From Paramoeba atlantica (taxonomy: Eukaryota; Protista; Discosea): DNA of 47,806 bases. Of this stretch, positions 1-11,149 are shown piece after piece (within the stretch, counting starts at the first letter, position 1; each line of letters opens with the position of its first letter). The position numbers and the translations under genes are program-made. The notes under the pieces were generated by a model that ran no database searches, was not told the origin of the DNA, and worked only from the letters and a program-made list of their open reading frames with translations. The stretch lies in NCBI GenBank assembly GCA_977017575.1, contig CDRNVI010000186.1:1-47806 (forward strand), read 5' to 3'.

Positions 1-886
1 CCTAAACCCTAAACCCTAAACCCTAAACCCTAAACCCTAAACCCTAAACCCTAAACCCTAAACCCTAACCCTAAACCCTAAACCCTAAACCCTAAACCCT
101 AAACCCTAAACCCTAAACCCTAAACCCTAAACCCTAAACCCTAAACCCTAAACCCTAAACCCTAAACCCTAAACCCTAAACCCTAAACCCTAAACCCTAA
201 ACCCTAAACCCTAAACCCTAAACCCTAAACCCTAAACCCTAAACCCTAAACCCTAAACCCTAAACCCTAAACCCTAAACCCTAAACCCTAAACCCTAAAC
301 CCTAAACCCTAAACCCTAAACCCTAAACCCTAAACCCTAAACCCTAAACCCTAAACCCTAAACCCTAAACCCTAAACCCTAAACCCTAAACCCTAAACCC
401 TAAACCCTAAACCCTAAACCCTAAACCCTAAACCCTAAACCCTAAACCCTAAACCCTAAACCCTAAACCCTAAACCCTAAACCCTAAACCCTAAACCCTA
501 AACCCTAAACCCTAAACCCTAAACCCTAAACCCTAAACCCTAAACCCTAAACCCTAAACCCTAAACCCTAAACCCTAAACCCTAAACCCTAAACCCTAAA
601 CCCTAAACCCTAAACCCTAAACCCTAAACCCTAAACCCTAAACCCTAAACCCTAAACCCTAAACCCTAAACCCTAAACCCTAAACCCTAAACCCTAAACC
701 CTAAACCCTAAACCCTAAACCCTAAACCCTAAACCCTAAACCCTAAACCCTAAACCCTAAACCCTAAACCCTAAACCCTAAACCCTAAACCCTAAACCCT
801 AAACCCTAAACCCTAAACCCTAAACCCTAAACCCTAAACCCTAAACCCTAAACCCTAAACCCTAAACCCTAAACCCTAAACCCTAA
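1..886 (+). repeat. Telomere, (CCCTAAA)n / TTTAGGG-type, ~126 units
   Basis: Uninterrupted CCCTAAA heptamers from base 1 to 886, C-rich strand on + as expected for a left chromosome end; one CCCTAA hexamer variant at 63-68. Confidence 0.99.
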
Positions 887-2045
887 TTAATCTTTCACAA
901 TAAAAAGAATTCTTTGAAACAAAAAAAGAAAAGAAAAACCTTTTTTCGAGCTTAAACCCTCCTCAATATTATTCAAACATCAGAAGAAGAGAGAGAAAAA
1001 ACACAACTTTTGAACCCCTCTCTCTCTCTTTCCACCCCCCTCCCTTCTTCTCTTGATTTTCATTTGTTTTGAAACTCAAAATGAGAGAAAAGAAAAAATA
1101 AATTGAGTATTCAACTTAATCTTTTCTTTTTTTTTCTCTTCATTATATTCAACTCCTGCTGTTATATTATCGTTGTCGTCTCTTCCTTTAAAAAAAGAAA
1201 AAAAGAAAAAAGAATATTGAATTAGTGTTTTGAAGGATAAAATAAAAAAAATATTATCTTGTTGTTTTAAATTAAAAAAAAAAAAAAAAAGAAAATAAAA
1301 AACCTTCTTGAAACCTCTTTCTCTTTCTTTCTCTTCTCTCGAGTCTCTTTCGCTCTCTCTCTCCCCCCCCCTTCAAAACCCTAAATCTCTTTGGATGCCG
1401 TCGATCGATTCTCTTCAATAAATCACTAATTACATAAGTCAGTAAAGATATATCTCTCTTCTTTCATAATAATTAAATTAGAACAAACCAGCAAAAAGAA
1501 ACGATTTATCACTGCTGAAAAGCTTGATGTTCGCTCTCTCAACAAACAACAACAAACAACAACAACCACATGCATCAATTATTGTGTGAGATGATCTTTC
1601 CTCATCTTAACATCACTTCTTTCCCCCCCCCCCCTTCTTTCGTGGTTTGCCATCATCATAACACATCTTCTCCCTCTCCTTTCCCTCTTAATACTCACAA
1701 GACTGCCAAACATTGGACAACACAACAAAAGGATCACCGGAACAACCCAAAACCCAAACTCCCTTTTTCATTCCAAAAATAAAAAAAACAAAAAAAAAAA
1801 AACAAAAAAAAAAATCAGTGTTCCAAATAAAAAGACATCTTTTCATTGTTGTTTTTTTGTGTCACTTCTTTTTTTTTTCAAAGAATTAATATTTGAATCA
1901 AAATCAAAAGAAGAGAAAATTGGTGGATTGGTGTTTGATGTTTGTTGATTTTCTTCTTTTTTTGATTCTTTTTCTTCCAAAACCTTAAACCCTGAAACCA
2001 CCCACCATAAAAATAACAATTAAAAATCTTTGAATTTTTTTGAAT

Positions 2046-3159
2046 TTAAAAAAAAAGAATATTTTTATTATAAGAAATATGATAAGAGTGAGGAGGCCAC
2101 ATAATATTATCCGGGGAAGAGAATTGCTGGTCATAATTTTTAAAAAAAATAACAGTGTATTGTTCCCCACGAAAACTTTCCATTGCAATTTTTCGATGTC
2201 GCAAATGTCCGTCAAAAACAATTATTGTTCCTGGAATAATTGGAATTCGAATTGTATATGCTCCTGTTGGGTCTTCAAATTCAAAAAAACTCTCACCGAC
2301 AAACGTTCCTAAAAAAATAACAATTTGAAATGTAATATCGCGTTCATTAAAGTGCCATTTGACTGATTGGTCATTTGATGTCATTAAAGAAACATAGATT
2401 ACAAATTCCCCAGAAGCGAAGCGATCATCGAGAAGAGAACATAGGTATTTCCCTTGAAGCCATAATTGTTTTTTCCATTGGGGAATTTTTCGTTCGAGTG
2501 GATTATTAGCAACTCCAAAATGGCGGACAAAATTGTAGGGTTTTTCAAAACCTAATCCAAAATTAGGGGAAAACAATTAAAGGGGGTGGGTGGGTTAGGG
2601 TGTAAGACGAACAGACGAAAAAGAAACAAAAATAAGGTTAGAGAAAAAAGATAAATGAAAAAAACAAAGAAAAAAGAGATAAAAAATTAAAGAAAAAAAA
2701 ATTAAAGAAAAAACCTGTTGCCCCAATTGCATTAACAGTATACCCAATCATAATTGTTCCTTTAAGATCAAAATTTTTTGAAGTTTGTTTTTGTGAAAAA
2801 TGACAAGAATTCTTCAAAAAAAAAAAGAAGATGCTCAAATATTGGGAAAGAACTGGTGGAAATGTTAGAAGTGGTTGAGGAAGGTTTGTGTTCGTAAAGA
2901 TATGATATTCGTGAAGTGAAAAAAAGGGAAGAATTTTGTGTTCTTTTCCAGGTTTGTTGAGAGGGTTTAAAAGGCTACTTCTGCTGCTGCTGCTGAGAAC
3001 GGAGGAGGAAAGATAATAATTTTTGAAAGGCTCTGGAATAGAAACTGAAAAAGGTGGTAATATCGTAAACTTCTCCTCCTCCTTTCTCAAAGGTAGTAAA
3101 GAAGAAGAGGAAGGGGGGTTGCATTGAAATGCTGTTAAGTAAAAATTGTCCTTATTCAT
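2046..3159 (-). CDS. 2OG-Fe(II) dioxygenase-fold (TET/JBP-like) protein with non-canonical active-site residues; at least 2 exons
   Basis: GT-AG intron 2714-2552 joins IMIGYTVNAIGAT to GFEKPY in frame (phase 1). The C-terminal exon carries VKWHFNERD, IFLGTFVG, IIVFDGHLRH and GEQYTVIFFKNYD, the spacing of HxD / LGxFxGG / FDG..H / GxRxxxxF motifs. Start codon and N-terminal exon structure are uncertain. Confidence 0.65.
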
Positions 3160-3659
3160 CGCTTGCACTTTTCACTTTTTTGCTTCTCTTTCTTCTCTTT
3201 TTTGTAAACACCAGTATGTTCGGCGGTCTTTTTGACGAAGAGAGGGAAAAAGGACTTTATGGGACATGGAAAGAAACTAACACAAAAAATGTGTTCAATA
3301 TTTCTCTTGTGTGGAGAATTCAAAAAAAAAAAAAAAAATAAAAAAAAAATAAAAAAAAAAACAAAAAAAATTCTCAAAAAATTCTCAAAAAATTCTCAAA
3401 AAAAAGTGTCTGCAAAAAAGGAATTTTTGTGCCTGAAAAATGGGAGGGGGTAGGAACTCTGCTTTTTTTTATTTTTTTTTTTTGTGAGAATTTTTTTTGT
3501 TTTTTTTTGAGAATTTTTTGAGAATTTTTTTGAGAATTTTTGAGAATTTTTTTGTTTTTTTTTTGTTAGAATATTTGTGGGTTTAGAGAAGAAAGAAAAC
3601 AAAAGAAAACTCTACTGCTATGTTGGCAGAGTTCTTAAAACAAAAAAAAAAGATTTAAG

Positions 3660-4410
3660 AAGCAACTTACTGGCACACTGAAAATTGAAGTCTAAACTCT
3701 AACCTTATTAAAGAGACATCTCCTCCTCTTCCAAGAAAAAATAAAAGTGTTTGCTGATTCACCAAGCATAAAGAGGCAACAACACAACCAACAACAACCA
3801 TAAATAACAACCCTAAACCCTAATGTTTCAATATCCAGATTTTTCATCTTCTTGCCATCTTTACACAGATGGAGGGGCACCACACCCACCACTGCTGAAG
3901 GGAGGAGGCCAACTCTCCATAAGTCCGAAGACTTGTGCAATAGTTGGTGTTGATAAAAGGAGGGGTTAATGGTTTTTTTCTTTGTTGTTAAGGTGATATT
4001 AGTTTGTTTTTCATTTGCGATCATTGTTGTATGTTTGTGTTTTTCATTTTTTTTCAAAAAAACCAAAAAATAAAACAAATCAAAAATTGATTTTTTTATT
4101 AATATTTTTTTAATTTTTCAAAAAAACAAAACAAACCTTTAACCTTTCTTTTTTATTATTTTGAACTCCAAAAAACAAAAGAGAAAGTAAAAGAAAAAAC
4201 TATAAATCAGAAAAGAGAAGAGTAGATTTTGGCCGCACACAGACAGGACGTGTCAAAGATGAAACAAAAGAAAGGAAAGCAAATTGAACATAGAGAGAGG
4301 GAGGAAGGGAAGGAAAAAAGGAGGAGCAATGTATAGGGAAAGGGAGAGAAGCTTGTAAACCTAATTGGTGTGGTCCACAATATCACCCCTAAACCCCCAA
4401 CAATACTTTG
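3660..4410 (-). pseudogene. Possible decayed coding exons (hydrophobic, membrane-protein-like fragments)
   Basis: Higher-complexity segments between poly-A/T tracts translate to hydrophobic stretches (GLGLLFMVVVGCVVASLCLV; IVGGLGVILWTTPIR) interrupted by stops in two frames; no family recognised. Confidence 0.2.
3809..3823 (+). repeat. Short interstitial telomeric repeat (AACCCTAAACCCTAA)
   Basis: Two tandem telomere units in the same orientation as the terminal array. Confidence 0.6.
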
Positions 4411-4458
4411 GTAAGAGAGAAAAAGGCAAAAAAGGAAAATCAGCAAAAAGAAAAAAGA

Positions 4459-4490
<32 letters not shown>

Positions 4491-4616
4491 AGAAAAAAGA
4501 AAAAAAAAAAAGAGAAGAAAAAAGAAGGAAAAGAGAAAAAAAAAAAGGATTGGAGGAGCAAGAGACAAAAAAGAATAAAAGAGAGAAAAAAAAAGAAAAA
4601 GAAGAGAAAAAAGAAA

Positions 4617-4648
<32 letters not shown>

Positions 4649-4715
4649 GAAAACCAAAGTACAAAGAAATCTCAGTCCATTAAAAAATAAAAATGCTCTT
4701 ATTTCTTGGTGGTTT

Positions 4716-6575
4716 CAAAGCAAGAGTAAATCACAAAAGAAATAAGACGATACAATTTTTCAATGGATAAAGAACATTCTCTGAAAGAAAAAACATTAAA
4801 ACAAAAAGTTATTTAAATATTATTTTAAAAAATATCAGAAAAAAGAAACTAAATCCCTAACCCATCACAACATCATTGTGCTTTATCTGAGAGAAAAATA
4901 GGATTCTTTGAATACAGTAAATCACAAGGAATAAGACGATGTAATTTTCAATGATAAAAAACACTCTCTGAAGAAAAAAACAATAAAAAAAAAGTAATTA
5001 GTTACTCTTTAAAAAAATACCAGAAAAAAGAAACTGAACCTCTCACATCACATCAAGTGCTTTATCTGAGAAAAATAGACTTCTTTGGAGAGAGTAAATC
5101 ACAAGGAATAAGACAATGTAATTTTCAATGATAAAGAACATTCTCTGAAGGAAAAAACAATAAAAAAAAGTAATTAGTTATTGTTTAAAAAAATGTTGGA
5201 AAAAAAGAAATTGAACCCCTCACATCACATCAGGTGCTTATCTGAGAGAAAAATAAACTTCTTTGGATACAGTAAATCACAAGGAATAAGATAATGTTAT
5301 TTTCAATGATAAAGAACACTCTCTGAAAGAAAAAAACATTAAAACTTTAATTATTTAAATATTATTTAAAAAAATATCAGAAAAAAGAAACTGAACCCCT
5401 CACATCACATCACATTGTGTTTTATCTGAGAGAAAAATAGGATTCTTTGGATACAGTAAATCACAAGGAATAAGACGATGTAATTTTCAATGATAAAAAA
5501 CACTCTCTGAAGAAAAAAACAATAAAAAAAAGTAATTAGTTACTATTTAAAAAAATACCGAAAAAAAGAAACTGAACCCCTCACATCAGGTGCTTATCTG
5601 AGAAAAATAGGCTTCTTTGGAGAGAGTAAATCACAGGGAATAAGACGATAGTATTTTCAATGATAAAGAACAGTTTCTGAAGGAAAAAACAATAAAAAAA
5701 AGTAATTAGTTATTGTTTAAAAAAATATTAAAAAAAAGAAACTGAACCCCTCACATCACATCAAGTGCTTTATCTGAGAAAAATAGGCTTCTTTGGATAC
5801 AGTAAATCACAGGGAATAAGACGATATCATTTTCAATGATAAAGAACAGTTTCTGAAGGAAAAAATAATAAAAAAAAGTAATTAGTTACTATTTAAAAAA
5901 ATACTGAAAAAAAGAAACTGAACCCCTCACATCACATCAGGTGCTTATCTGAGAAAAATAGGCTTCTTTGGAGAGAGTAAATCACAGGGAATAAGACGAT
6001 AGTATTTTCAATGATAAAGAACAGTTTCTGAAGGAAAAAACAATAAAAAAAAGTAATTAGTTATTGTTTAAAAAAATATCGAAAAAAAGAAACTGAACCT
6101 CACATCACATCAAGTGTTTTATTTGAGAAAAATAGGCTTCTTTGGATACAGTAAATCACAAGAAATAAGACGATATCATTTTCAATAATAAAGAATAGTT
6201 TCTGAAGGAAAAAACAATAAAAAAAAGTAATTAGTTATTGTTTAAAAAAATACCGGAAAAAAGAAACTGAACCCCTCATATCACATCATTGTGCTTTATC
6301 TGAGAAAAATAGGCTTCTTTGGATACAGTAAATCACAAGGAATAAGACGATATTATTTTCAATGATAAAGAACAGTTTCTGAAGGAAAAAACATTAAAAC
6401 TTTAATTATTTAAATATTATTTAAAAAAATGTTGGAAAAAAGAAACTGAACCTCTAACCCATCACATCACATTGTGCTTTATCTGAGAGAAAAATAGGAT
6501 TCTTTGGATACAGTAAATCACAGGAAATAAGACGATGTCATTTTCAATGATAAAAAACACTCTCTGAAGAAAAAA
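4716..6575. repeat. Subtelomeric tandem array, ~178-bp monomer, 10 full units plus 1 partial
   Basis: Anchor AGTAAATCACA recurs at about 4725, 4916, 5093, 5271, 5455, 5625, 5801, 5976, 6150, 6327 and 6512 (spacing 170-191 bp), with the whole unit homologous between copies. Confidence 0.97.
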
Positions 6576-8172
6576 AACAATTAAAATAAAAAAAAATAAA
6601 ACAAAAAAAATTCCGAATATCAACAAAAAAATTAAAACTTAAAAGAAACAACAAAAAACAAACTTTCATATTTTTAAGCTTTCAAAACCCTGAAATAAAA
6701 AAAAAATAAAAAAAAACAAAAAGAAAAAAAAAAGAAGAAAATGAGAGAAAAAGAAAAAAAGAAATCAAAAAAGAAATCAAAAAACCATTGAAAAAAAAGA
6801 AATCCTGTTCCTACTCAACACAAAAGAAAATGAATCCCTTTTGATTTTTTTTATTGTTCATTTTGAGAATAAAAAGAATTAGTTTTTCATTTTTCTAAAT
6901 CTTTTCAAAAAAGAAAAAAAAAAAGAGAAAAAGAAAAAAGAGAAAAAGAAAAAAGAGAAAAAGAAAAAAGAGAAAAAGAAAAAAGGAAAAAGAAAAAAAA
7001 AAACAATTTTGTGTGAAAAAAAGTAAAAAAGAAAAAGAGATGAAGGAAAAAGAAGAAAAAAGAAACGAAAAAGAAAAAGAGAAAAAGAAAAAAAGAAACA
7101 AGAAAAAGAAGAGGAAAAAAGAAAAGAAAGAAAACCTCAAAGAATTGGATCACCGGATAAATTTTGTGAATTCTCTTATCTTTCTCACTTTGAGAAAAAT
7201 AGATTGGTTTTTCGTTTCTCTTTCTTAATATAAAAGTGATACATTGAAAAAACCAAAAATCTCTTGATTTCTAAAAGTCTATTTTTCTCATCTTTCAAAA
7301 AACAAAAACCAAACACAAAAATCAAACAAAAACAAAAAACAAAAAAGAAAAACTTTTTTGCCGAAAAACCGATTTTTATTTTGGGTGCGATTTTTTTTCT
7401 TGAAATTTGACAAAGTGAAAAAGAATTCAAATGTTCTTGTTTTTTCTTAGTTGTTCAAGCTTCCATCAAGATAGGACCAATACAAATTCAATTCTTTTTC
7501 TTTTTTTCTTCTTTAATCTTATTTTTGGTTTGCATTTGGATCTTTTCAATCAATTTTGGTCATACAATCCTTTTTCTTTGTTTTTTTTTGTTTTTTTCTC
7601 TTTTTTGTTGAATCTTTCTCTTTCTCTTTCTTTTTCTTTTTTTCTTTCTTTCTCACAAACAAAAAAGAAAAAAAAAACTGTTCGAAACAAAAAACCAAAA
7701 AAAAAACCAAAAAAAGAAAAAGAAAATGGCTGATGTGGCAACATTTGATTGGGAATTGGATTTTTTTTTTCTTTTTCGGAAAAGAAAGTGGCGGGTGAGA
7801 AAAAAAAAGAAAAACAGAAAGAGAAAAGAAAGAAATTGAAAGAAAAGAAGAGTTGAAAGGTTTGGAAAGATACATGATAGATTGTTTGATTTACCAATGA
7901 ACTTTTTTATTCCATATTTCAAGTGAATGTTTTAGTTTGTTATTCTTTTTTTTTTTCTTTATTCACAAACTATTAAAAACAACACCACCGGATCAATCAT
8001 TTCACTTTTCCACACACAATCAAAAGAAAAAATTGAAAAAATCAAAGAAAAACAAAAGGTTTCTTTTTTAGCACACCTTATGCTTCGACGTTTTTCGTCT
8101 CTTTCGGATAGAATCGTCACCTTAATCGATTCGATTCGTAAATCTTTCGAAAAAATTCGTTAGTTTTTTGCA

Positions 8173-9738
8173 ATGTATAGGACAATTGACTCAACTTACC
8201 TTCAACACAAGCTGGTTGGACAAAAAATGCTACAACTAAAAGAGATTTTTGAGCGAATTAATCAGTTTTGTTTTAGTAGTTACTTTCATTTTGACTTGAA
8301 AAGTATAAATATTTGCTTCAACGAGTTCAAATCCCAGTTTTTCGATATTCTGGAAAATTTTTCTGGTGCTGTAGAGTGATTTGATTGGAGTGAGGAGCTC
8401 TTGAAGAAGTGTGAAAATCGGAACAGGTTACATCTCAGCCCTGTCTGCTAAAAAGTTGAGGATAAATTCCCTTGGAAGGAGCTTTGGATTATTCTCCCTT
8501 CTGATGTGCATTCTCCAGCCTGAACTTGCAGAAGTTCTAAAGTTCAGCATAAAGACCGACTGAACTAAGCTGAAGTTTAAAACTTCACCTTTCGTTAGAG
8601 GTTAAAAAACAAACATAATTTAATGTAATTCAAATGGCTTAGATTAAGAACTACTAATTGAATAAAGTCTGCCTCAAAAAGAAAAAAAAAAAAATATTTG
8701 CTTCAATGCTGATGTCAACTCTTGAAACACTCTGTTTTCAGAATTCCAAATAGCAAATCCAAATTTGAAAAAAATGAACAATTGGATCACTTTTACAAAA
8801 GCTGTTCATCAGGTTTTTAAAGATTTTCATATTTGTTGCTTATAGCATATGAAAGATACTTGTGATACATATGTTAAGTACTGAACAGCAGAAAAAAGCT
8901 TCCTTTTTTGGCTTAATACTGTTTCACTAAAAATTTATAAGCAGTAAAAAAAGGAATAAAAGAAAATCTACAAGACACTCTTTCTTTAACAACAAGATCA
9001 TCTTGAGTTTGCTTACAATAAAAGAAATTATTATAAAGCAAATTATTTATTGATAATAAATTTTCTTTTCTGAAAAGAAAATAAGTCTGATTTTAATAAA
9101 ATTTTCTTTAAAAAGGCTTAAAAGCAGCAGAAACAAGTTGAACATGAAGTTGGTCAAGGAAAAATTTAATCTGATTCATAATTCTATCTTAGTGTGGATG
9201 TCATGCAAATCTGAAAACTTTTCTATGTTGGTGCTTTTACACCATGTGTTGTTAACCACACTAAATTTGTGTCAGATAGAATGTTTGGAACTATCTTCAG
9301 GTTTTTTTTTTAAAGTGTGACTTCTATTTGAAGGTGAAAAAAACAAAAAATCACCAAAAACTGTGATTGATTTTTTTCTTTCTTCTCTGGATCAGGGTTT
9401 TTCACTGAACAGACTTTTTTTCTGTTGAAAAAATGACAAATGCCATCAACACACAAGGATTTAATGCTTACAAAGCACAGGTGCTCTTTAAAATTATCAA
9501 CTTTTCTTCTCTAATTGTGAAGACTTTTCAGTGCAATGGGTTTCTCTCCCTTGAGAAAGAGAAAATAAAAGGGACAATCAAGATCAAACCACTTCAAGGA
9601 ATTGATGTTGTCACAAAGGGAAATGATATTGTTGTAGAAGGGATATTTCAACATATCCTAACTGAAAAGCAAAATCAATTATTGAAAGAGCTTAACAAAA
9701 AGAATTACATTTACATGACCTCTTCAAAGATTGTTTAA
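8173..9738 (+). mobile_element. Decayed DNA transposase relic, Sola-like (DUF7869-type); may extend to ~10364
   Basis: Reading through stops and frameshifts gives FKDFHICCL*HMKDTCDTY, QQDHLEFAYNKRNYY, FYLSVD and VNHTKFVSDRMFGTI. These resemble the F..PxKDxCxxC, H...A...R, first-Asp and GHTKFxPDxxFG motifs I recall for Sola-type transposases. Multiple in-frame stops; no TIRs identified. Confidence 0.55.
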
Positions 9739-11149
9739 AGGAAATCATTTGGTCAACACACATTGAGCAAATTTCAAAAAAGAACTATATGAACAGAGTT
9801 GAAATTTCTGTTCTCAAACCAAGCCTCAAAACCATCAAAACCTGTAACATCATTCCCCAAGAGGAATCTTTGATGCATAAAGTTGGTCTTTGCCCATCCC
9901 TTCTTGATAACCTTTTTTCTGCTCAAAAGCTTCTCTCTTTGAATTTGAAAAATGAATATGTTGTGAAATGGAACAAGTTGTTAAAAGAAGCTTAAGAATT
10001 CTTGTTGAAGCATGGTAAACTTTTGATTGATGTTGCTGGTGAGGATGATAAATTTGTTTGTCAGGTTTCAAACTTAATTGAGGAGGTGAAAACTAGAGAG
10101 AGTCGAAAACCTGAAAAGGAGAATAAAAATCCAGAAGAAAAGTTGAAAAGAGAAAGTCAAAAGAAAGAAAAGCACTCTAAGCCTGAGAAAGATTTTCCTG
10201 ACCCAAAAACTGTCCAGCCCATCAACAAAAAAAAAAAATATTTGAAATTTAACAAAAAAGCAAACCCTCATGTGTGTATTGTTAGAAAAGCTTTTTGGAA
10301 ATACAGAAAAGATCTCCATGAAAACACCAAAGCACCTTCTCATTTTGATGTTTTTGAAATGTAAAGAATTGAAACCAATAAATTCTTTTTCATTCAATCA
10401 GAGATTTCTTGTCCAAAATTTTTCAATGCTCAAAAAAGTTTTTCCATTTCTTTTTGAAGGTCAGAAAGGTTGTTTGTGGTGTCTTTTGAAGAGGAGACCC
10501 CATACAAAAAGAGTCAACATTCTAAAATTAAAAATTTAAAGCTTTTTCTTTTTTAGTTTGTGACAAAGAATTCATAGTTATTGTTTTTCACTTGTGAAAA
10601 ACCACCAAGTTTGAAATCCTTTTTTGTCCTTCTTTTTATCATCTTTTTCTTTCAAAAACTTTTCCAAATCATTTTTTTCCATGAAGAGGAGATTGCCAAA
10701 CAAGTGGTTCTCACTATTTAATTTGAAAATTTTTGGTGAAAAAGAAATTAAAAAAAATTTCAAAAAGAATCACTTTTTTTCTTTTTTTTTCAGTTCAAGC
10801 TCACAGAAAACCTTCTCTCAACAATCCTCTTCCTTAAAAAATCCCTTGATTTTTGACTGAAATTGAAGTCTAGATTTCATTGCATGAGTTTAAATTTAGC
10901 ACTATGTTAAGCAATAGATTTGTAAAAAAGGGTGTTTATTTTTTTTCAGTTCCATTTTGGTTTTTCTTGCTTCATTTTTCAACTTTTCCTTTCCTTTTTC
11001 TTTTTTTTGAGCTTGCTTCTTTTTTTTCTTTTTTTTGTTTTTATTCAAATCCTTTCTCAATCCTGAAGATCTTCTCTTTCTTCTTGCCAAAGAAGAAAGT
11101 TGAAATTTAAACTTTTTTTTCTTTTGTTTAAACACATTTACAACAAAAT

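Noticed and set aside
1380-1782. Possible small gene between telomere and dioxygenase (including ORF 1570-1782)
   Set aside because: No coherent spliced frame or recognisable motif could be built.
4716-6575. CRISPR-like, snoRNA or spliced-leader interpretation of the 178-bp array
   Set aside because: Units are homologous along their full length with no unique spacers or cas genes. ATGATAA...CTGA is only a weak C/D-box match, and no Sm site or SL-type exon is evident.
10820-10880. Possible IQ motif on the minus strand (FQSKIKGFFK)
   Set aside because: Incomplete consensus, followed closely by a stop and overlapping a plausible splice acceptor.
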